This document shows positions 1 through 15,770 of a stretch of DNA of 64,000 bases, piece after piece. Position 1 is the stretch's first letter. Every line of letters begins with the position of its first letter. The DNA is from the human T2T-CHM13v2.0 reference genome, Homo sapiens: assembly GCF_009914755.1 (NCBI RefSeq), contig NC_060929.1. The stretch is one strand, 5' to 3'. Below the pieces are notes generated by a model. The model saw only the letters and a list, made by a program, of their open reading frames with translations. It did no database searches and was not told the DNA's origin. Both the position numbers and the translations under genes were made by a program.

Positions 1-267
1 ACAAAAGTAAACCCACACAAATATGTCCAACTATTTTTGACAAAGATACAAAAGCAATTCAATGAAAGGAAGACAGCCTTTTCAACAAATGCTGCTGGAG
101 CAACTGGACATTGACTGGCAAAAAGATGAATCTCAAACCAAACCTAACACTTTATATAAAAATTACCTCAAAACGGATTGAAGACTTAAATACAAACACA
201 AAATCATACAACTTTTAGGGAAAAAAATAGAAAATCTTTAGGACCTAAGACAAGCAAAGAGGCCTTA

Positions 268-811
<544 letters not shown>

Positions 812-1327
812 ATCCCTGTTTCCCTGTCAAAGACACTGTTAAGAGGATAAGAAGACAAACTACAGACAGAAATATCTGCAAACCACGTATCTGACAAAGG
901 GCATGTGTCTAGTATATACAATGAACTCTCAAAACTCAAATGTTAAAAAAAAAACAAAGCATCCAATTAGTGGGCAAAAGGCCTGATCACTCATTTTCAC
1001 TGAAGAGGATATACAGACAGCAAATAAGCACATGAAAAAACATTCAACATTATTAGCCATTATGGAAATGCAAATTAAAAGCACAATGAGTTATCACTAT
1101 ACAGCTATCATATAGCTGATGGCTAAATGCTAAAATTAAAAAATAGAGATCACACTGAATGCTGGTGAAGATGTAGAGAAATTGAATCATTGCTGGTGGG
1201 AACATAAAATAGTATAACCACTCTGGAAAAGAGTTTGGTAGTTTCTTTTAAAACAAAAACCACACGAATACAACCTAGTAATTGCACTCTCAGGCTTTTA
1301 TCCTATGGAAATGAAAACTTATGTTCA

Positions 1328-2265
1328 AGAGTAGAGAACCCAGAAATAAACCCAAATACTTACAGCCAACTATCTTTGACAAAGCAAACAAAAACATAAA
1401 GTGGGGAAAGGACACCCTTTTCAACAAATGGGGCTGGGACAATTGGCATGCCACATGTAGGAAAATGAAACTGGATCCTTACCTCTCATCTTATACAAAA
1501 ATCAACTTAAGATGGATTAAAGACAAATCTAAGACCTGAAACCATGAAAATGGAAGATAACATTGTAAAAACCCTTCTAGACATTGGCTTAGGCAACGAT
1601 TTCATAACTAAGAACCCAAAAGGAAATGTAATAAAAACAAAGATAAATAGCTGGGACTTAATTAAAGAGCTTTTGCATGGCAAAAGGAACAGTCAGCAGA
1701 GTAAACAGACAACCATAGAGTGGGAGAAAATCTTCACAATCTATACATCTGACAAAGGACAAATATCCAAAATCTATAACAAATTCAAACAAATTAGCAA
1801 GAAAAAAACAAACAATCCCATCAAAAAGTGGGCTAACGATATGAATAGACAATTCTCAAAAGAAGACATACAAATGGCCAACAAATATATGAAAAAATGC
1901 TCAACACTAATGATCAGGGAAATGCAAATCAAAACCACAATGCAATAACCACCTTATTCCTGCAAGAACGATCAAAATCTAAAAATAAAAAAATAATAGA
2001 TGTTGGTGTGCATGTGGTGAACAGGGAACAACTTCTACACTGCTGCTGGGAATGTAAACTAGCACATTCGTGTGGAGATTCCTTAAAGAACTAAAAGTAG
2101 GACTACCATTTGATCCAGCAATTCCTATTGGGTATCTACCCAGAGGAAAAGACGTCATTATATGAAAAAGATACTTGCACACATTTATAGCAGCACAATT
2201 CACAACTGCAAAAATGTGGAACCAACCCGAATGTCCATCAATCAACAAGTGGATAAACTGTGGCA

Positions 2266-2317
<52 letters not shown>

Positions 2318-2800
2318 AATACTACTCAGCCACAAATAGCAATGAGCAATGAGTTAATGGCATTTGCAGCAACTTGGACGGGACTGGAGACTTACTCTAA
2401 GTGAGGTAACTCAGTATATATAGATATATGATGGAATACTACCTCAGCCATAAAAAGGAATGAGTTAATGGCATTTGCAGCAAGTTGGATGGGACTGGAG
2501 ACTATTAGTCTAAGTGATGTAACTCAGGAATGGAAAAGGAAACATCATATGTTCTCACTTATAAGTGGGAGCTAAGCTATGAGGATGCAAAGGCGTAAGA
2601 ATGACACAATAGACCTTGGGGACTCAGAGGGAAAGGGTGGGAATGGGGTGAGGGATAAAAGACTACAAATCAGGTACAGTGTACACTGCTTGGGTGATGG
2701 GTGCACCAAAATCTCAAAAATCACCACTAAAGAACTTACTCTTGTAACCAAATACCACCTGTGCCCCCAAAACCTACAGAAATAATAAAATAAAATAAAA
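1328..2800 (+). mobile_element. 5'-truncated L1PB (L1PB1-like)
   Basis: ORF2 C-terminal remnants (ORFs 1321-1539, 1544-1948: [22 protein letters not shown]). L1PB-type 3' end (aaatcaccactaaagaacttact...aaacctacagaaataa). TSD aaaacttatgttca (1314-1327) / aaaacctatgttca (2797-2810). Confidence 0.9.
2269..2312. repeat. (AT)22 microsatellite
   Basis: Uninterrupted 44-bp AT dinucleotide run. Confidence 0.98.
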
Positions 2801-4149
2801 CCTATGTTCACATCAAAACTGTACATGAACGTTCACAGCAGCTTTTCTCACAACAGCAAAAACCTGGAAACAATCCAAATGTTCATCAAAGGTTAAATGT
2901 TAGTACATCCAAACCATGGAATACTACTTAGCAGTAATAAAGAACAAACTATTGATACACTCAGTAACTTCAATGGACCTAAAGGGAATTATATAAAATA
3001 GAAAAAGCCAATTTTAAAAGGTTACATACTGTAGATTCCATTCTACGTTATGTGACATTCTTGAGGCAGTGTAATTATTTAGGGTTTTGGGAGCAGAGAG
3101 GATTGGGTGGCTAAAAAGAAGTGGCAAGAGGGAGCTTTGCGATGGAACAGTTCTCCATCTTGATTGGTTGCTGCACATGCTACTGCAGAGAACTATACAT
3201 GCAAACACACAAATGAGTGCAGGTATAACTAGTGAAATATGAGTAAGCTCTGTGGTGTGCTAAGGCAAACTTCATGGTTTGAATACTGTATTATATTTAT
3301 ACAAGATACTAACATTGGGGAAGGAAGGATGAAGGATGTAACGACACCTCTTTGAATATCTTTTGGAATTTCCTGTGAAATCTATAACAAGAAATTTAAA
3401 AAGCAAGTGTATTACCTTCTATAAGCCTGCATATAGGTACCAAGAGACAAACACATTTTCTTGGATGATTGTAAGTTATTTTCCATATTTTTACTACTGA
3501 TTAAAAGAAAATCTGGGTTTTTCTTTGAGGATCAGCCTTGTGAGACACTCCTGGTCAAAGGGGGATCTTCTTTGTTGACTGAAGCCTCCTAATATTTTCC
3601 ATATATTTAATGAAAAACATTTCCCCTTTATTTTTAGGAAAAACATAGAAACATGTCATTGTAAATGTTCACTCTTGTTTCAAAGAGTAAAAAAAAGCAT
3701 ATACATCTTTTTCAAAAAGATGAATTTTACATTACTGTAACTATATGCAATAATTGCAAAGCTTTTGTGAAAACTCTTTTGTGAGAAAACTGAGAACTCT
3801 TTGTCCAAAAATTATACCAGTTTGTCTTATTACTTCTGGAACCTAAGAGATAAGTTGTGCCTCAGGAGAAATGACAGAGATATGTCTGACTGAGTGTCAT
3901 TACTGCCAATCATTATGCCCCAGGATAGGTTGAAAAACAAACCAGAAAGCTTTACCAAGTGAGGGCAAAACCCTCTGTACCCAACCCTAATTGGTGGAGA
4001 AGAAGAGAGATATCAGAAGCAGAAGGCTAAAATCAATTTGGGCAATATTTGAATGACGTGTTATATTGTTTAGCCAGAAAATAAAAAAAGACAGAATAAA
4101 TCTTTAATTGACTGATATTCTAGCCTCCTGAAAACTTTTACCTAGTTGC

Positions 4150-4862
4150 TTATTTTTAAATTTTCTATTTTATTTTATGTATTTTTTGAGACAAGGCCTC
4201 ACTCTGTCACCCAGGCTGGAGTACAGTGGCATGATCACGGCTCACTGCAGCCTTGACCTCCTGAGCTCAGGTGATCCTCTTACCTCAGCCTCCCAGGTGG
4301 CTGGGACTTTTGGGTGCACACCACCACACCCAGCTAATTTTTTGTATCCTAATAAAATTTTTTTATTTTTTGTAGAGACAGAGTTTCACCTTTGATATGG
4401 TTTTACTCTGTGTCCCCACACAATCTCATCTTGAATTGTAATCCATACATGTTAGGGAGGGACCTGGTGGGAGGTGATTGGATTATAGGGGCGGTTTCCT
4501 ATATGCTCTGATAGTGAGTGAGTTCTCATGAGATCAGAGGGTTTCAAAGTGCGGCACTTCCCACTTGTTCTCCTTCTCTCTCTCTCTCCTGCCGCCTTGT
4601 GAAGAAGGTGCTTGCTTCCCCTTCACATTCTGCCATGATTATAAGTTCCCTGAGGTCTCCCCAGCCATGTGGAACTGTGAGTCAAGTAAACCTTTTTTCT
4701 TTATAAGTTACCCAGTCTCAGGTAGTTCTATATAGCAGTATGAAAATGGACTAATGCAAACAAGCTAGCCCCAGGCTAGTCTCAAATTCTGGGCTCAAGT
4801 GATCTACCCAGCTTGGCCTCCCAAAGGGCTAGGATTACAGACGTGAGCCACTGCACCTGGCC
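4150..4862 (-). mobile_element. AluJ split by an LTR (pieces about 4150-4392 and 4768-4862)
   Basis: Antisense Alu right arm and linker up to gagtttcacc, resuming at cccaggctagtctc...cacctggcc. AluJ-type wording (ctgcagccttgacctcctgagctcag). Confidence 0.85.
4393..4758 (+). mobile_element. MaLR solo LTR (THE1D-like)
   Basis: tgatatggtt...tgtgtcccca...aatctcatcttgaattgtaatcc start. End ggaactgtgagtcaa...ttacccagtctcaggtagttct...gaaaatggactaatgca. Confidence 0.88.
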
Positions 4863-6137
4863 TAATTACTTATTTTAAAAGAACCAAAATTATAACTAGT
4901 CCAACAGAGGGACTGTCCCCTGATTTTTGGCAACCATCTTCAGGTAAGAGTTTGGTAGAGAATAAGAGATAGCACCTTAACTGTGTGCTTAAAATACAGC
5001 CAATTTAGAAGAAGTAGGAAAGCCAGAGCAAAACGGATCCAAGTGAGAGAAGAGCCAAAGTAGTGAGAAGTGACTGAGGATAGTGTTTAGCTCAGAAGAG
5101 GAAGAAATCTAGGGAGAAGTGTAGAAAACCCACAAAATGCAGCACTTGGCTGTCTTGATATTTTCTATGAAAGGCACAATAAATGTTAAGAAAACCATTG
5201 CTGAACTTAAAGTCCCAGGCAATCACAAACAGAGCAGTCCTTTTGGTTATGCAACACCCATTGTATATGATAAAAAAAAAGAATGGCCACAATATAGCTA
5301 AGCCAGGGAAAAGAAATTAAGAAATGTATGTAGGTTGGCTAAAGACAAGTTTTTAGGAAACTCTAAAACAAAACTGCAATTGACAACTATATACATGGTA
5401 GGTTGACAACAGAAGCAAACAGAAACAACTATTGTTCTGTAATCAGATATGAAATGTTATTTCTGAATAAGTACTAAGTTGGCTATGAATCTAACAAATC
5501 CTGTTAAAAAATATGATACCTATGACCAAAAAGAGAATTTTAACATGTCTGAGGGTAGAAACAACTTTTGAACAATTTTTTTTCCCCTTTTACATCTGTG
5601 TATGTAGTCAGTAATGTAACTAGTGTGTGGCTGGTATTTTCAAATGACAATTACAACACAGAATTCAGTAGTTAATCTTTACCTATAAAGTAGTGATTTC
5701 ATTGAAAGATGATACATACATAACTATAAATGAAATAAAACAGGTTCTGTGATAACCCATAACTTTATTTGTAAAATTTTATTTAGAAAGGGAACACATT
5801 TATTCCTCTACTCCATGTAACTGATAACTCCTATTTTAGCTATAGGACTATTTTAAAATACATTATTGATGGTGAAAAAAAGCAGGGCAAAGAAAAAGAC
5901 TAAATGAGGTCACTAGCTACATGACTGGGAAAACAAGCTGATGAAGTCCAAGAAGGACCTGGATGAAATAAAGTTATATACTGTGTCATAATATTTTCCC
6001 ACTAGATGTAGGAAAACAATAGAAGACTTAAGAGTGAAAGAGGTACAAAAGCAGTATATATCATAATTTTAAGAATAAAAAGTTACATTCCATATGTAAA
6101 TCCTTATGAAGGGTCGTTAGTTCATAAAGGCGGACAA

Positions 6138-6450
6138 GGCCAGGTAGGGGGGACTCACGCTTATCATCCCAGGACTCTGAGAGGCTGGGGTGGGAGGATC
6201 ACTGGAGGCCAGGAGTTGAAGACCAGCCTAAACAAGAAAGTAAGACCCTGTCTCTATAAAAAATTTAAAAATTGGCCAGGCATGGTGGCACACATCTGTA
6301 GTCCCAGCTACTCTGGAGGCTGAGGTGGGAGGATCACTTGAACCCAGGAGTTTGAGGCAGTAACAGTGAGCTAGGATCACACCACCGTACTCCAGCTTGG
6401 GCATCACAGAGAGATCCCACTGCCCAATATAATTTATTAATATTAAAAAA
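6138..6450 (+). mobile_element. AluJ
   Basis: Diverged dimeric Alu, TSD-like taaaggcggaca / taaaggggaca. Confidence 0.9.
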
Positions 6451-6959
6451 TAAAGGGGACATACTATATCTACACATCTGTTTGCTAATCCTCCCTCAAT
6501 TTATGAGTATCTGACACACAAATGTCTTTTATACACACAGTGCTGTATCACAAATAAAGGAAGACGGCCTCTCCTAAAAGCTTAATAAAATAAGAAAGCT
6601 ATCTTCCTAGATAGCCAAGGGAAGACACAGCCAACAGGTTGTTTCAGCTGCTGCTGCATTTCTTTTGCACGGTAGAAAGCAACTCCCTACAAAAAATTCT
6701 ATTTTAAATGATTGATTAATTTTGCTGAATAAAGCCTGAGTTAAGTGTGATTACCAATTATGCCACGATTTACATGGCAAAAATGACTGTGAGTTCATAA
6801 AGCTGATTTTAAAAATAAATTTTAAGATATAGTCTGTACAAGCTGGTTCACATTCTCCTTTTTTTAAACTGTCATCTGGAAATTATTTTAAATGCATCTA
6901 ACACTAGATTTTAAGTAGAAGACCAAGTGATCTGAGGTACATTTTATAGAGATTTATTT

Positions 6960-8330
6960 AGTTGTTGTGGTGGGGAAGGAATGGAGGATGTCCCATTCCT
7001 GGTGAAAGAAGTATGCCAACAGGGAGGCTTCTGCAATAAATAGTACTAGCAAGAGATGATAGTGGACTAGACTAGAACAATGGCAATAGAGAGAAAAATA
7101 GAGAGAGTAAGAAATAGGAGGTGCTGGCTGGGTGCGGTGGCTCACCCCTGTAATCCCAGCACTTTGGGAGGCTAAGGTAGGCAGATCGCCTGAGGTCAGG
7201 AGTTCAACAGCCTGGCCAACATGACAAAACCCCGTCTCTACTAAAAATACAAAATTAGCTGCGCGTGGTGGTGCATGCCTGTTAATCCCAGCTTCTTGGG
7301 AGGCTGAGGCAGGAAAATCAGCTGAGCCAGGAGGCAAAGGTTGCAGTGAGCCAAGATTGCACCACTGCACTCCAGCCTGGGTGACACAGCAAGACTCCAT
7401 CTTAAAAAAAAAAAAAAAAAAGAAAGAAAGAAAAGAAAAAAAGAAATAGGAGATGATGCTGATATTAGATGTGGTTATGAGAAAGAGATAAAAATATCAA
7501 GAAGGGACCAACTAAATTTTTGACCTGAGTATCTGGATGAGTGGAGGTACCATTCACTGAGATGAGGAAAAAGAAAGAAGAAATTGTTTTTTGTTTGGGA
7601 GAGTAGGTTGGAGTAGTGTGAAATCAAGATTTTAATTTTGAACACCTCAGAGGATATGTCAAGTTTCAAGGTGAAAGTGGTAACTTGTGTCAGATGCTAT
7701 TGAGGTATTTAAGATGAGGGAAAAAAGAGTAATAACAATGTCACTGATAGTTATAACAAGGGCTAGGGCACATAGTCCACTCTTACAGGAAGGAAAGTGG
7801 TACAGGTACAGATGCAGATAGGTTGACAGATTTTGTCGTAAGAATATGAGAAAGTTCCCTAACGGCCTCTATTTTCTCAAGGAATTATGAAGCAAGTGTC
7901 AGCTGAGAATGAATGTTCAATATATGCTATCATGGGAATAAAGAAAGTGTTATGGGAGCAAAAAGGAGGGGCACCTAACTCAGTTTGAGGTGAGAGTAGA
8001 AGAGACCTCAAGGAAGAACAGAAATTAATAAGGAGAGGGTAGGTAAGGCCAGGAGTAAGAGCATCCCAGACATGCAAAATTTCAGAGGCAAAGAAGAAAG
8101 GGCATGTTCAGGGAGCTATAAGGCACCTAAGAGGTTGAGACAGGGATTGGTAAGAAATGAGGTTAGATAAGCAGATGTAACCTCATTTCTTGATTCAAAA
8201 TCAAGAAGAGCCTTGTATGCAATGTTAAGGCCACTGAAATTTGTCATGAAGACAATCACAAGTAGCCATTGAAAAGTACAATGCGTATTTTATTTTTGTA
8301 GTCTTCACATCAGTGTGGAGACAATATTTG
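6960..8330 (-). mobile_element. L2 fragments (interrupted by the Alu at 7126)
   Basis: Purine-rich antisense-L2 phrases (ggaggcttctgcaataa...agagatgatagtgg; ggtaccattcactgagatg; ggggcacctaactcag). Confidence 0.65.
7126..7442 (+). mobile_element. AluS
   Basis: Full dimer with A/GAAA tail, TSD aagaaataggag. Confidence 0.95.
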
Positions 8331-8397
8331 TGAATCTAAATATATAATTAATATAAGATTAGTCCATTTTTATATCTGATACTTAAAATTGGAAAAG

Positions 8398-8812
8398 ACA
8401 GTAGAATTTAGCGGTTAAGAGTACAGATACTAGAGCCAGAATGCCTGTGTTCAAATCTTAGCTATGCCAGGTGTGGTGGCTCATGCCTGTAATCCCAGCA
8501 CTTTAGAGAGTTGAGGTGGGAGAATTGCTTGAGCCAAGAGGTCAAGGCTGCAATGAGCCATGATCACACCACTGCACTCCAGCCTGGATGACAGAGTGAG
8601 GCCCTGTTTCAAACAAAACAAAACAAAACAAAACCTCAGCTGTGTCACTTAACAACTATGTGATTTGCGCAGTTATTTAACCTGTGTTTGAGTTTCCTTA
8701 TCTTTAAATGGAAGTTTTAATAGTAAAGAAGTAAATAATAATATAATCTCAGTCAGAGGACTACTGTAAAAACTACATTAGTTAATATGGCATTCTGTAA
8801 ATGTTAGCTATT
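8398..8812 (+). mobile_element. MIR split by an Alu monomer
   Basis: gcggttaagagtacag...tagagccaga...ttcaaatc|...cagctgtgtcactta...agttatttaacctg...agtttcct.atct.taaatg MIR core. Confidence 0.75.
8466..8633 (+). mobile_element. Alu monomer (FRAM/FAM-like)
   Basis: Single-arm Alu ending in (CAAAA)n, TSD-like aaatcttagctatg / aaacctcagctgtg. Confidence 0.85.
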
Positions 8813-8834
8813 GTTATTTATGATATAATTTTAC

Positions 8835-8940
8835 CTGCTTTTTAATGTCATAATTTTCACCGTCTTCAGCTCTCATTTTTTCAATCTTTTCTTCTTGTTG
8901 TTTTGCCTCTTTTTCATACATCACTTTTTCTTTGACCAAC
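8835..8940 (-). CDS. TBCA: TBCA (tubulin-specific chaperone A) coding exon 2
   Basis: Minus strand reads ...ggcttttttatag|GTTGGTCAAAGAAAAAGTG...ATTAAAAAGCAG|gtaaaa. The 106 bp encode (R)LVKEKVMYEKEAKQQEEKIEKMRAEDGENYDIKKQ, matching TBCA residues 18-53 as I recall them. Canonical acceptor with pyrimidine tract and GT donor. Confidence 0.97.
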
Positions 8941-9122
8941 CTATAAAAAAGCCAAAAATGTTTTAGAAAATTAGCTTTCTCTCCAGACCATAAGAAAGAA
9001 ACTGTGTAAATATAAAACATATTATATTTAAAATACCAAAGTAGATATACTAGATGGGGGGAGGAAGGAACAGAAGAAAAATAGTTTAGTCATAAATATA
9101 AGCATGATCCTCATGCTCTTAA

Positions 9123-9461
<339 letters not shown>

Positions 9462-10119
9462 CAAAGCATGAAATTCTTAATTTTTAAATTAAAAACCCAC
9501 TTCAGTATATTATAATTACAATGTGAAAGCGATACTCAAAATTAGTATATACCAATATATATTAATACAACTGTCTTTTTTTTTTTTTTTTTAAATATGT
9601 CTTCCAAACCTTTATACATGTATCTGAAACAGCACAATGATAAAAGCTCAGTTTACTGGCAGGGGAAAATTCAGTAGATTGCATGTCAAATCCAAAACAA
9701 AGAAAGACTGGATTATTTTTTAACAACAAAATCGTTTAACAAGTATTTATTGTGCGTTTAATTTTATGCCAGACTTTCCTTGTGCAAGGAGCTGGGATAG
9801 ATGCAGTTCTGTCACAGACAAGTGGTGGAAACAAACTAGTATTTACTTACTAAAGTAAGAAAAAGTATTTTAAAAGAAGTACATCAGGAAAAGTTTCAAC
9901 AATAAGAAATACTGCAATACAAAGTTCTACTGATTATCCCACAGATAATCCAAATTATATTAATCATAATAGCTCAATCTTCCCTAATTCTGGTTGTTTA
10001 AAGTTGTAATATAAAAGTATAGTCTAAGAAAATATTAACATTCCTATATACACAGTATCTAAAGAGCAGAAGAAAAAGCTTTCATAGCACATATGTAATA
10101 AAAATAGCTTTCTCCATCT

Positions 10120-10795
10120 GGCTGTTGGCAAGATGGCAAGGATGCAGAGAAATTGGAGCCATCAAACATTGCTGGATGGCAATCAAAATTGGTATAGTAG
10201 CTTTAGGAAAGTTTAACTATTCCTCAAAAAGTTAAACAGAGTAACCATATGTCCTGACAATTCCATTTCTAGGTACATACCCTAGAAAAATAAAAATATA
10301 TGCCCACAGAAAACATGTCTATGGATGTTTACAGCAACATTATGCAAGACAGGCAAAATGTGGAAGTCCAATAATCAATGGAAAATGTGGTATATCCAGA
10401 AAACAGAATATTGGGCAATAAAAAACATAAAGTGCTGATTCAAGCCACAACATGGATGAACCCTGAAAACATGCTAAGTAAAAAAGAAGTCTGACATAAA
10501 AGGCTACATATTGTATGATTCTATTACAGGACATATCCAGAACGGGCAAATCTATAGAAACGTAAAGTAGATTAGTGGTTGCTTAGGACTGGGGACAACA
10601 GGGGAATTGGAAAGGTGATAGCTAAAGGGTATAAGGTTTCTTTTGGGGGTAAGAAACATGTTCTAAAAATGATTGTGGTGATAGTTGCACAACTCTGTGA
10701 ATCTACTAAAAGCCAGTAAACTGTAGACTTAAAATGGGTTAATTGTATGGTATGTGAATTATATCTCAATAAAGCTGTTGGCAAAAAGGAAAAAA
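10120..10795 (+). mobile_element. L1M (L1MB-like) 3' end
   Basis: tggcaaggatgcagagaaattgga...catggatgaacc...gtagattagtggttgc...tatatctcaataaagctgtt. Confidence 0.85.
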
Positions 10796-11047
10796 AAGCT
10801 GTGACCACAAAGTCAGCTTCAGGGGAAAGCTGCAAGTACTGATACATTCAAGCATGACAACAGAAACATGTGAATGTCAGATACAGAAATCTGCATTTGA
10901 TTTATAATTTAAAATTGTTTTAGCAATAATTTTCAATATTAAAATATACTTTGAGATATAATATTTTAAAATAAAATCATTAATGCATATCACAAAAGAT
11001 ATTTATCTAAAAAAGTTCCCTTTAAATAGTAAAAGAAACTTGTTAGG

Positions 11048-11385
11048 ACAGAGATGGCAAATTGCCAGCCTGCTTAAATGAAACCTAAAGATGATTTTAT
11101 TTGACTCACAATGTTAAAAACAAAGAATATTTGTTTAAAAAAAATGTTGTCACATTAAAAAGCTGGGAGATTTGACATATACATCTGAATTTCTGGCTTC
11201 TCTTGGATGTTTTCATCAGGAAACATGAGGGCTGCATTCCCACTACTGGCTGGAGCTAAGTAGTGGCTGTTGTCTCCTATAGATGGGTCACATGCTATTC
11301 CCTTGCCTCAATTCACATAACTCCCTGTTTCCTTAACAGTCAGGCATTACACTTGGCCTTTGCACGCCTTTGAGTTTGGGACCTG
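11048..11385. mobile_element. hAT-Charlie non-autonomous element (MER102-like)
   Basis: gggagattt...aatttctggcttctcttg...tggctggagctaagtagtggctg motif. Confidence 0.55.
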
Positions 11386-11625
11386 TGTGCATATTATCAA
11401 CGCAACAGTATTATTATTGTTGTTTTATTATCACTATCATTATATAATCATGATCATTATTCAGAATATCAAGGATATTCAGAAACTACTGGATTAGCAA
11501 TGAGACTTTCAATACTTCTAAACCTGGTATGTGACTAAATTCCCCTAGTAATGAAAGTAGCTGGAATTGGATAGGCTATTAAAGAGAGGCCCATTCCATA
11601 TCATCTTATAATTCAAAGACTTAAA

Positions 11626-11949
11626 CAGGGGTAGGCAAACTATGGCCAGGGAGCCAAATCTGGTTGGTCATCTGTTTTTGTATAGTCTCAGAGCTATGAA
11701 CAGTTTTTACATTTTTGAATGGCTAAAAATTTTTTAAAAGATTTGTCATACGAAAATACAGAATTCAAATTTAATATCCATAAATAAAGTTTTATTGGAA
11801 CACAGCTATACTCATTCATTTATGTATCATGTATGGCTGTTTTCATGCTATAAGAGCAGAGAAGAGTAGTTGTGATAGAAGAACCATATGGCCTGCAAAA
11901 CCTAAAATATAATATCTGGTCCTTTACAAAAAAGGGTTGCTGACCCCTG
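11626..11949. mobile_element. hAT-Charlie MER58B-like
   Basis: Terminal inverted repeats caggggtaggcaaac / ggttgctgacccctg. Internal aataaagttttattggaacacagc. Confidence 0.85.
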
Positions 11950-13203
11950 ACTTGAAAGACTTCCACTTAATTCTGTCCATCACCTACTTAATTATATCAG
12001 CATTAACACACTACACCGAAGCCATTTACTTGCTAGGTCTTAAGTTCCTTGAAGAGAGGATAAGGTTGTATTCATATTGTTTAATTGATCTTCCTACATA
12101 GTAGGCACTCAATGTTGGTTGAATGAATAAAAAATTGAGTCTAGAAATCTCACTACTGTCTTTTAACATTTTCAATTTAAAGATAGAAATATATATTTAT
12201 AAAACAATTCTGAAGCAGAAAAAAAGTGATTCACAAAAATTGAGCAATAAGAACAACATGGTAACTTTTGAAGAAGTATACAACAGAAGAGGAGGATTCT
12301 ATGCCTAAGCCCACAGATAATTCTGACTGGTAATCCAAGTCATCCTACTTCATTGTGCTTGTCTATGGAAAACAGCAGCAATGGCTCCAGCAACATTAAA
12401 GAGTTACTTAACTACCTATCACATGGGATAAGTAAAGGTGCTGCGTATTTGCATGGTTATTGGAATATCAAAATAAATACAAGTTACGTTTTTGCTTAAA
12501 AAGTCATATTTTGTGAAAAGGCCCAGGAAACAAGTTATTGAATAGCATGTGTTGCCCTGAAAAAGAAAAAAAAAAAATCAGTCAGTTAGTGAGAACCCAA
12601 TAATGCAAGCATGTAAAATTATAGTGAATAAAGGCTAGGGTAAGATGCGGTATGAGAAATAATAAAGGTTCCACTCTTAAACAGTACAAATCAATGTACT
12701 GATGACAAGTCAGATGATGCTAAAGAGGTTTTATAGAGTATATATACAACTTCTACTTCACTAAATATCATCAAATTGCTTTCCAAAGTAGTTTTATCAG
12801 TTGACATACAACCTGTAGTGTATGAAATTTCCTACTTCTTGGCATCCTGGTGAATTGGGATTGTCAGAATTATTAAATTTCTGACAATCAGAAGAGTGTG
12901 ATATAGTATTTCTATTATGGTTTGAAATATTTCTGTAATAAGGCTGAGCATCTTTATGCTTATTAAAATAGTATTAGTTTTCTCTCTAGTATTTACTGGA
13001 TAAATATTTGTTGAATCAACAAATTAGTATCTTCTGGTGAATTTGGCTCCTCTCGTTTGCAGGAAAGGCTAAGATTTAATAAGAATACTGAAGACAAGTA
13101 TGTATTTTAAAATTTGTATTAAGATATTTTTCTGTAATGTACATATGTACATATTTATAAAAAATTATAAAAAAACAAAATTTTAAAAATCACTCATAAT
13201 CAC

Positions 13204-13915
<712 letters not shown>

Positions 13916-14640
13916 CAATAATTTGGATAATAATCACTTCCAATGTCATTAAATGTTCTTTGAAAATACAGCTGTTAGTGATTGTGAAGTATTTCATAAT
14001 ACTGAGATGACAGCATATTGAAGTATTATCCTATTGGATATTTAAGCCATTCCCTTATTATAAATAATACTGTGATGAGCATCCCTACCTACAAATTTTA
14101 TAGACATGAAATATTTTCTTCCTAAAAAAATATTTTAAATACATAGTGCATAATGTGAAATTAACTCCTTTTCCAGTCAACCAGTGATCATTTCTTAACA
14201 ATTACTTTTTCTAATAATGTGGTAAGTCAAACTTTGTCATTAGTTATTAGTGAATGACAAAATGCAAATATTAAATCAATCTACTATTTCAGCCTACTAT
14301 GATTTTTTATTTTAGTCAAAGAAAATATGCCAAATTTAACTATTTAAACATTAATAAGCATATTAAAGTTTACACCACAGCAAAGTAAAATTAAAATGAG
14401 AGAAATGAAACACCACAGGAAAATAAGATAAATCTGATAGGTTCATTATATAACCCACAGGAGTTATAGACAGAACAGAAACAAAGCAAGTAAAGATTTT
14501 TTTTTTAAAAGAATAAAATTTCCCAAAGCTGGAAAAGAAAAGCAATCTTAACTGAAAGGGCTTCATAAGTGCCTTTTAGACGCACACAGAATCCATTGAA
14601 AAAAAAAAAAAACCCCATCTATGTACATTAAGAATTTCCA

Positions 14641-14998
<358 letters not shown>

Positions 14999-15139
14999 TC
15001 AGATTGACTTACACTTCTCATTAATAACAGTAGATATCAGAAGAAGATGGTGCAATCCCTTCAAAGTTTTGAGAGAAAATGATTTATAACCTGGATTTAT
15101 AACTATAATAAAAGGTGGAGAAGAAAATTCATTAACTGA

Positions 15140-15458
<319 letters not shown>

Positions 15459-15770
15459 AACAATTATTTATTAAAGGGCTACTATGTGCCAGGTATGATT
15501 TTATATATCAAGGATACAGCAATGAACTACAAAAATCCCTGCCCTATGGCACTTTTTAGTGGGGAAATAAAATTAAATAAGCAAAATATGTAACATGTTA
15601 GATTGTGAAAAGTGCTATGGAGAAAAAGCCGTGAAGGAGGACTGGTAATACAGAGGGTTTGCAATTTAAAATAGGATTGTCTCTTTGAGAAGAGGACACA
15701 TGAGTTAAGATTTCAAAGAGGCAATAAGCTATGTAAATAACTGATGAAAGAAGTTATAGGCCAAGGGATC
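15459..15770 (-). mobile_element. L2 3' fragment
   Basis: atttattaa...ctactatgtgccagg...gatacagcaatgaac...aaaaatccctgccct. Confidence 0.75.

Noticed and set aside
1321-1948. ORFs resembling the L1 ORF2p C-terminus
   Set aside because: Frameshifted remnants of a truncated L1PB with no intact reverse transcriptase.
8187-8207. Isolated 8-9 bp inverted repeats (here, and at about 16433-16459 and 25406-25423)
   Set aside because: Expected by chance in 64 kb of AT-rich DNA.
8814-9020. 68-aa ORF containing the TBCA peptide
   Set aside because: Only 8835-8940 is exonic. The flanking residues are intron read-through beyond the AG and GT sites.
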